Source: Candidatus Iainarchaeum sp. (GTDB taxonomy: Archaea > Iainarchaeota > Iainarchaeia > Iainarchaeales > CSSED10-239). From it: 30,890 bases of DNA. A program made the translations under genes and the position numbers. The notes under the pieces are model-generated. The model saw nothing but the letters and a program-made list of their open reading frames with translations. It made no database searches and was not told the DNA's origin. Positions within the stretch are counted from its first letter, which is position 1; the number at the start of each line of letters is the position of its first letter. Below, in pieces: positions 29,409-30,890 of the stretch. The DNA lies in NCBI GenBank assembly GCA_028700115.1, contig JAQVTI010000012.1:1-30890 (forward strand), given 5' to 3'.

Positions 29409-30383
29409 TTACCTCTTTTTTTTAAACAATTGGAAAGGATGTTTAACCTTACATTCATTTATACAAAGCCCATTACTTTTTAAAGTATCACAATTTGGAA
29501 CAGAATATTTTTTTTCAATTAATTTTTGAATTTGATAACCTGCAATCTTTTTATCAAAATTAGGTAAATTTTTATAAAGTTCTAAAATTTCATCAAATGT
29601 ATAACCTATATTTGATAAAAAAACAGCAAGAGTAAAATTTTCAATATGAGTTAATTTATTCCCAGAAATTAAATTATTATACATTTTAAGAAAGCAAGGA
29701 GGAAAAGAACTAATTTCTGGCTTATTAATTATTTGAACATTAAAAGTATTTTCATTTAAAACTTTATCTTTAATTGAATTTCCATAATCTATAAATAATT
29801 TTGGAAAAGAATCTATTTTTGAATCAATATTTTTCAAAATATTTTTTTTAATAATTATTCCAAAAAAATCAATTAATTCTTCTTTTTTTAAAAAAATAAA
29901 ACCATTTTCTAAATTCATATATTGTAATTTATAATCCTCCCCAAGCTCTAAAAAAAGATAAGAAACAATTGAAATAAAATATTTATCTTTAAGAGAATCA
30001 TATTTTAAATTAGGACAAATATCTTCTAAAATTGAATCAAATTCTTTATTATTTAAAGGTTTATTTAGAAAATAAATTAATTGCTTTTGAAAATGATTGG
30101 CAAATTGTTGATATAATGGATTATAATCTACAACTTTCAATAGAATTCTACAAATAGGATAAAGCTTTACAAAAAATAAAGCCACATTTTCATCTTCAAC
30201 AGATAAATAATTATGCCATTGTTTTTCTTTATCAATTTGGTTTTGGGGAATTGTCCTTAAAAGAAAATAAGCTGCTTTTTTAATATCTTCTTTACTAACT
30301 GATAATAAATCTATATTATGATTTTCTAAAAATAATTTTCCTTTCTTAGAAAAAGGATATCTTATTAAATAATTATACAACAT
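29409..30383 (-). CDS. priL: DNA primase large subunit PriL (Fe-S)
   Basis: FPPCFLKMY...ENFTLAVFLSNIGYTFDEILELYKNLPNFDKKIAGYQIQKLI...VPNCDTLKSNGLCINECKVKHPFQLF, with the four Cys of the Fe-S domain. Confidence 0.9.
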   Translation of the reverse strand: MLYNYLIRYPFSKKGKLFLENHNIDLLSVSKEDIKKAAYFLLRTIPQNQIDKEKQWHNYLSVEDENVALFFVKLYPICRILLKVVDYNPLYQQFANHFQKQLIYFLNKPLNNKEFDSILEDICPNLKYDSLKDKYFISIVSYLFLELGEDYKLQYMNLENGFIFLKKEELIDFFGIIIKKNILKNIDSKIDSFPKLFIDYGNSIKDKVLNENTFNVQIINKPEISSFPPCFLKMYNNLISGNKLTHIENFTLAVFLSNIGYTFDEILELYKNLPNFDKKIAGYQIQKLIEKKYSVPNCDTLKSNGLCINECKVKHPFQLFKKKR

Positions 30384-30425
30384 AATACTAATATTAATAT
30401 ATAAAAATAAATATATACTTATTTA

Positions 30426-30509
30426 TTTTAGAAAAAAATCAAAAAAAATTCAAAAAAAGCTTTAGCAAAAATTTGAACCTTGCCTTACGGCAAGAGGACA
30501 AATTTTTGC
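30426..30509 (-). terminator. Possible hairpin plus T-rich tract terminator for the minus-strand gene ending at 30603
   Basis: On the minus strand the hairpin is followed by GCTTTTTTTGAATTTTTTTTGATTTTTTTC. It could alternatively be a DGR-associated structure. Confidence 0.45.
30465..30509. repeat. Composite hairpin: 11-bp perfect outer arms (GCAAAAATTTG/CAAATTTTTGC) and 6-bp inner stem (CTTGCC/GGCAAG) with 4-nt loop
   Basis: Outer arms 30465-30475 and 30499-30509; inner stem 30479-30484 and 30489-30494; loop TTAC on +, GTAA on -. Confidence 0.9.
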
Positions 30510-30539
30510 AAGTTTCATGCATTAACAACTTCGCCAAAT

Positions 30540-30559
30540 CCGTCTTGCCGTCTTGCCGT
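30540..30559. repeat. Tandem 8-bp repeat CTTGCCGT x2 preceded by CCGT (ACGGCAAG on minus)
   Basis: CCGT at 30540-30543, CTTGCCGT at 30544-30551 and 30552-30559. The inverse copy ACGGCAAG occurs at 30487-30494 inside the hairpin. Confidence 0.85.
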
Positions 30560-30602
30560 CTATCCCGTCAAGATACCAGATAGAAAAATATCAAATCCTT
30601 TT

Positions 30603-30890
30603 TTATGGAACTACTACACACCGGAAACCGAAGGTAAAGTGTCGGGACGAAGGACTAAAGAACAAATCCCGAGAAAGAACTCCGGCATAAGAACCAGCGT
30701 ACCAAGGACCACCCACAAGAAAGGCACGATCATCTATATTATCCCCTCTATCACTATAAAAAGCACCAATTCCATCACTAGTATCATAATTTTTATTTAT
30801 TAAAAAAACATCTTTATAACTTAAACTATTTAAATTAGTCAAAATATCATAAGAAGTAATACCACCTTCAGAATATTCTAACCATTCACT
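30603..30890 (-). CDS. Partial protein with FGE-sulfatase/C-type-lectin-like C-terminus; candidate DGR target gene (C-terminal part only, open at the window edge)
   Basis: Open to the window edge: SEWLEYSEGGITSYDILTNLNSLSYKDVFLINKNYDTSDGIGAFYSDRGDNIDDRAFLVGGPWYAGSYAGVLSRDLFFSPSSRHFTFGFRCVVVP. The listed 30842 start is an internal TTG. Confidence 0.8.
   Translation of the reverse strand, partial: SEWLEYSEGGITSYDILTNLNSLSYKDVFLINKNYDTSDGIGAFYSDRGDNIDDRAFLVGGPWYAGSYAGVLSRDLFFSPSSRHFTFGFRCVVVP

Noticed and set aside
30480-30803. 107 aa plus-strand ORF MPYGKRTNFCKFHALTT...
   Set aside because: It runs antisense through the hairpin/repeat block and the coding region of the candidate DGR target. 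No recognisable domain; it is explained by the GC-rich low-stop composition.
1-30890. CRISPR array or cas genes, tRNA or rRNA genes
   Set aside because: No regularly spaced direct repeats, no Cas motifs and no cloverleaf or rRNA-like segment were noticed in the intergenic regions. The check was by eye only; tRNAscan and CRISPR finders would settle it.

Overview
AT-rich archaeal chromosomal segment. The gene content (very small proteins, split and single-domain genes, many class III signal/pilin-like proteins) looks DPANN-like, but that lineage call is inference. The window is dominated by information-processing genes: HerA, a PAC2 protein, aIF2-alpha, GINS, PriS, Rad50, PCNA, Orc1/Cdc6, diphthine synthase, a DUF357 protein, tRNA-splicing endonuclease, Cdc48, a shortened RqcH/NFACT-R protein, RpoK, S17e, Pelota, iPGM and PriL. 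Two type IV pilus-type blocks are interspersed: two T2SSF/TadC-like platform proteins with three Cys-containing pilins, and a run of tiny class-III-signal proteins. The most interesting signal is at the right edge. The C-terminus of a truncated minus-strand ORF (30603..30890) has the sequence GGPWYAGSYAGVLSRDLFFSPSSRHFTFGFRCVVVP, an FGE/C-type-lectin-fold ending. It looks like the variable region of a diversity-generating retroelement (DGR) target: coding-strand adenine is strongly depleted and GC is locally raised. A perfect-arm hairpin and 8-bp GC-rich repeats lie downstream. No reverse transcriptase or template repeat is visible in the window. Secondary points are a decayed pilin-like ORF, an unlisted edge pilin, an in-frame-stop-interrupted membrane ORF, a small ORF with a probable frame break, and an out-of-frame overlap that encodes a class III signal peptide.
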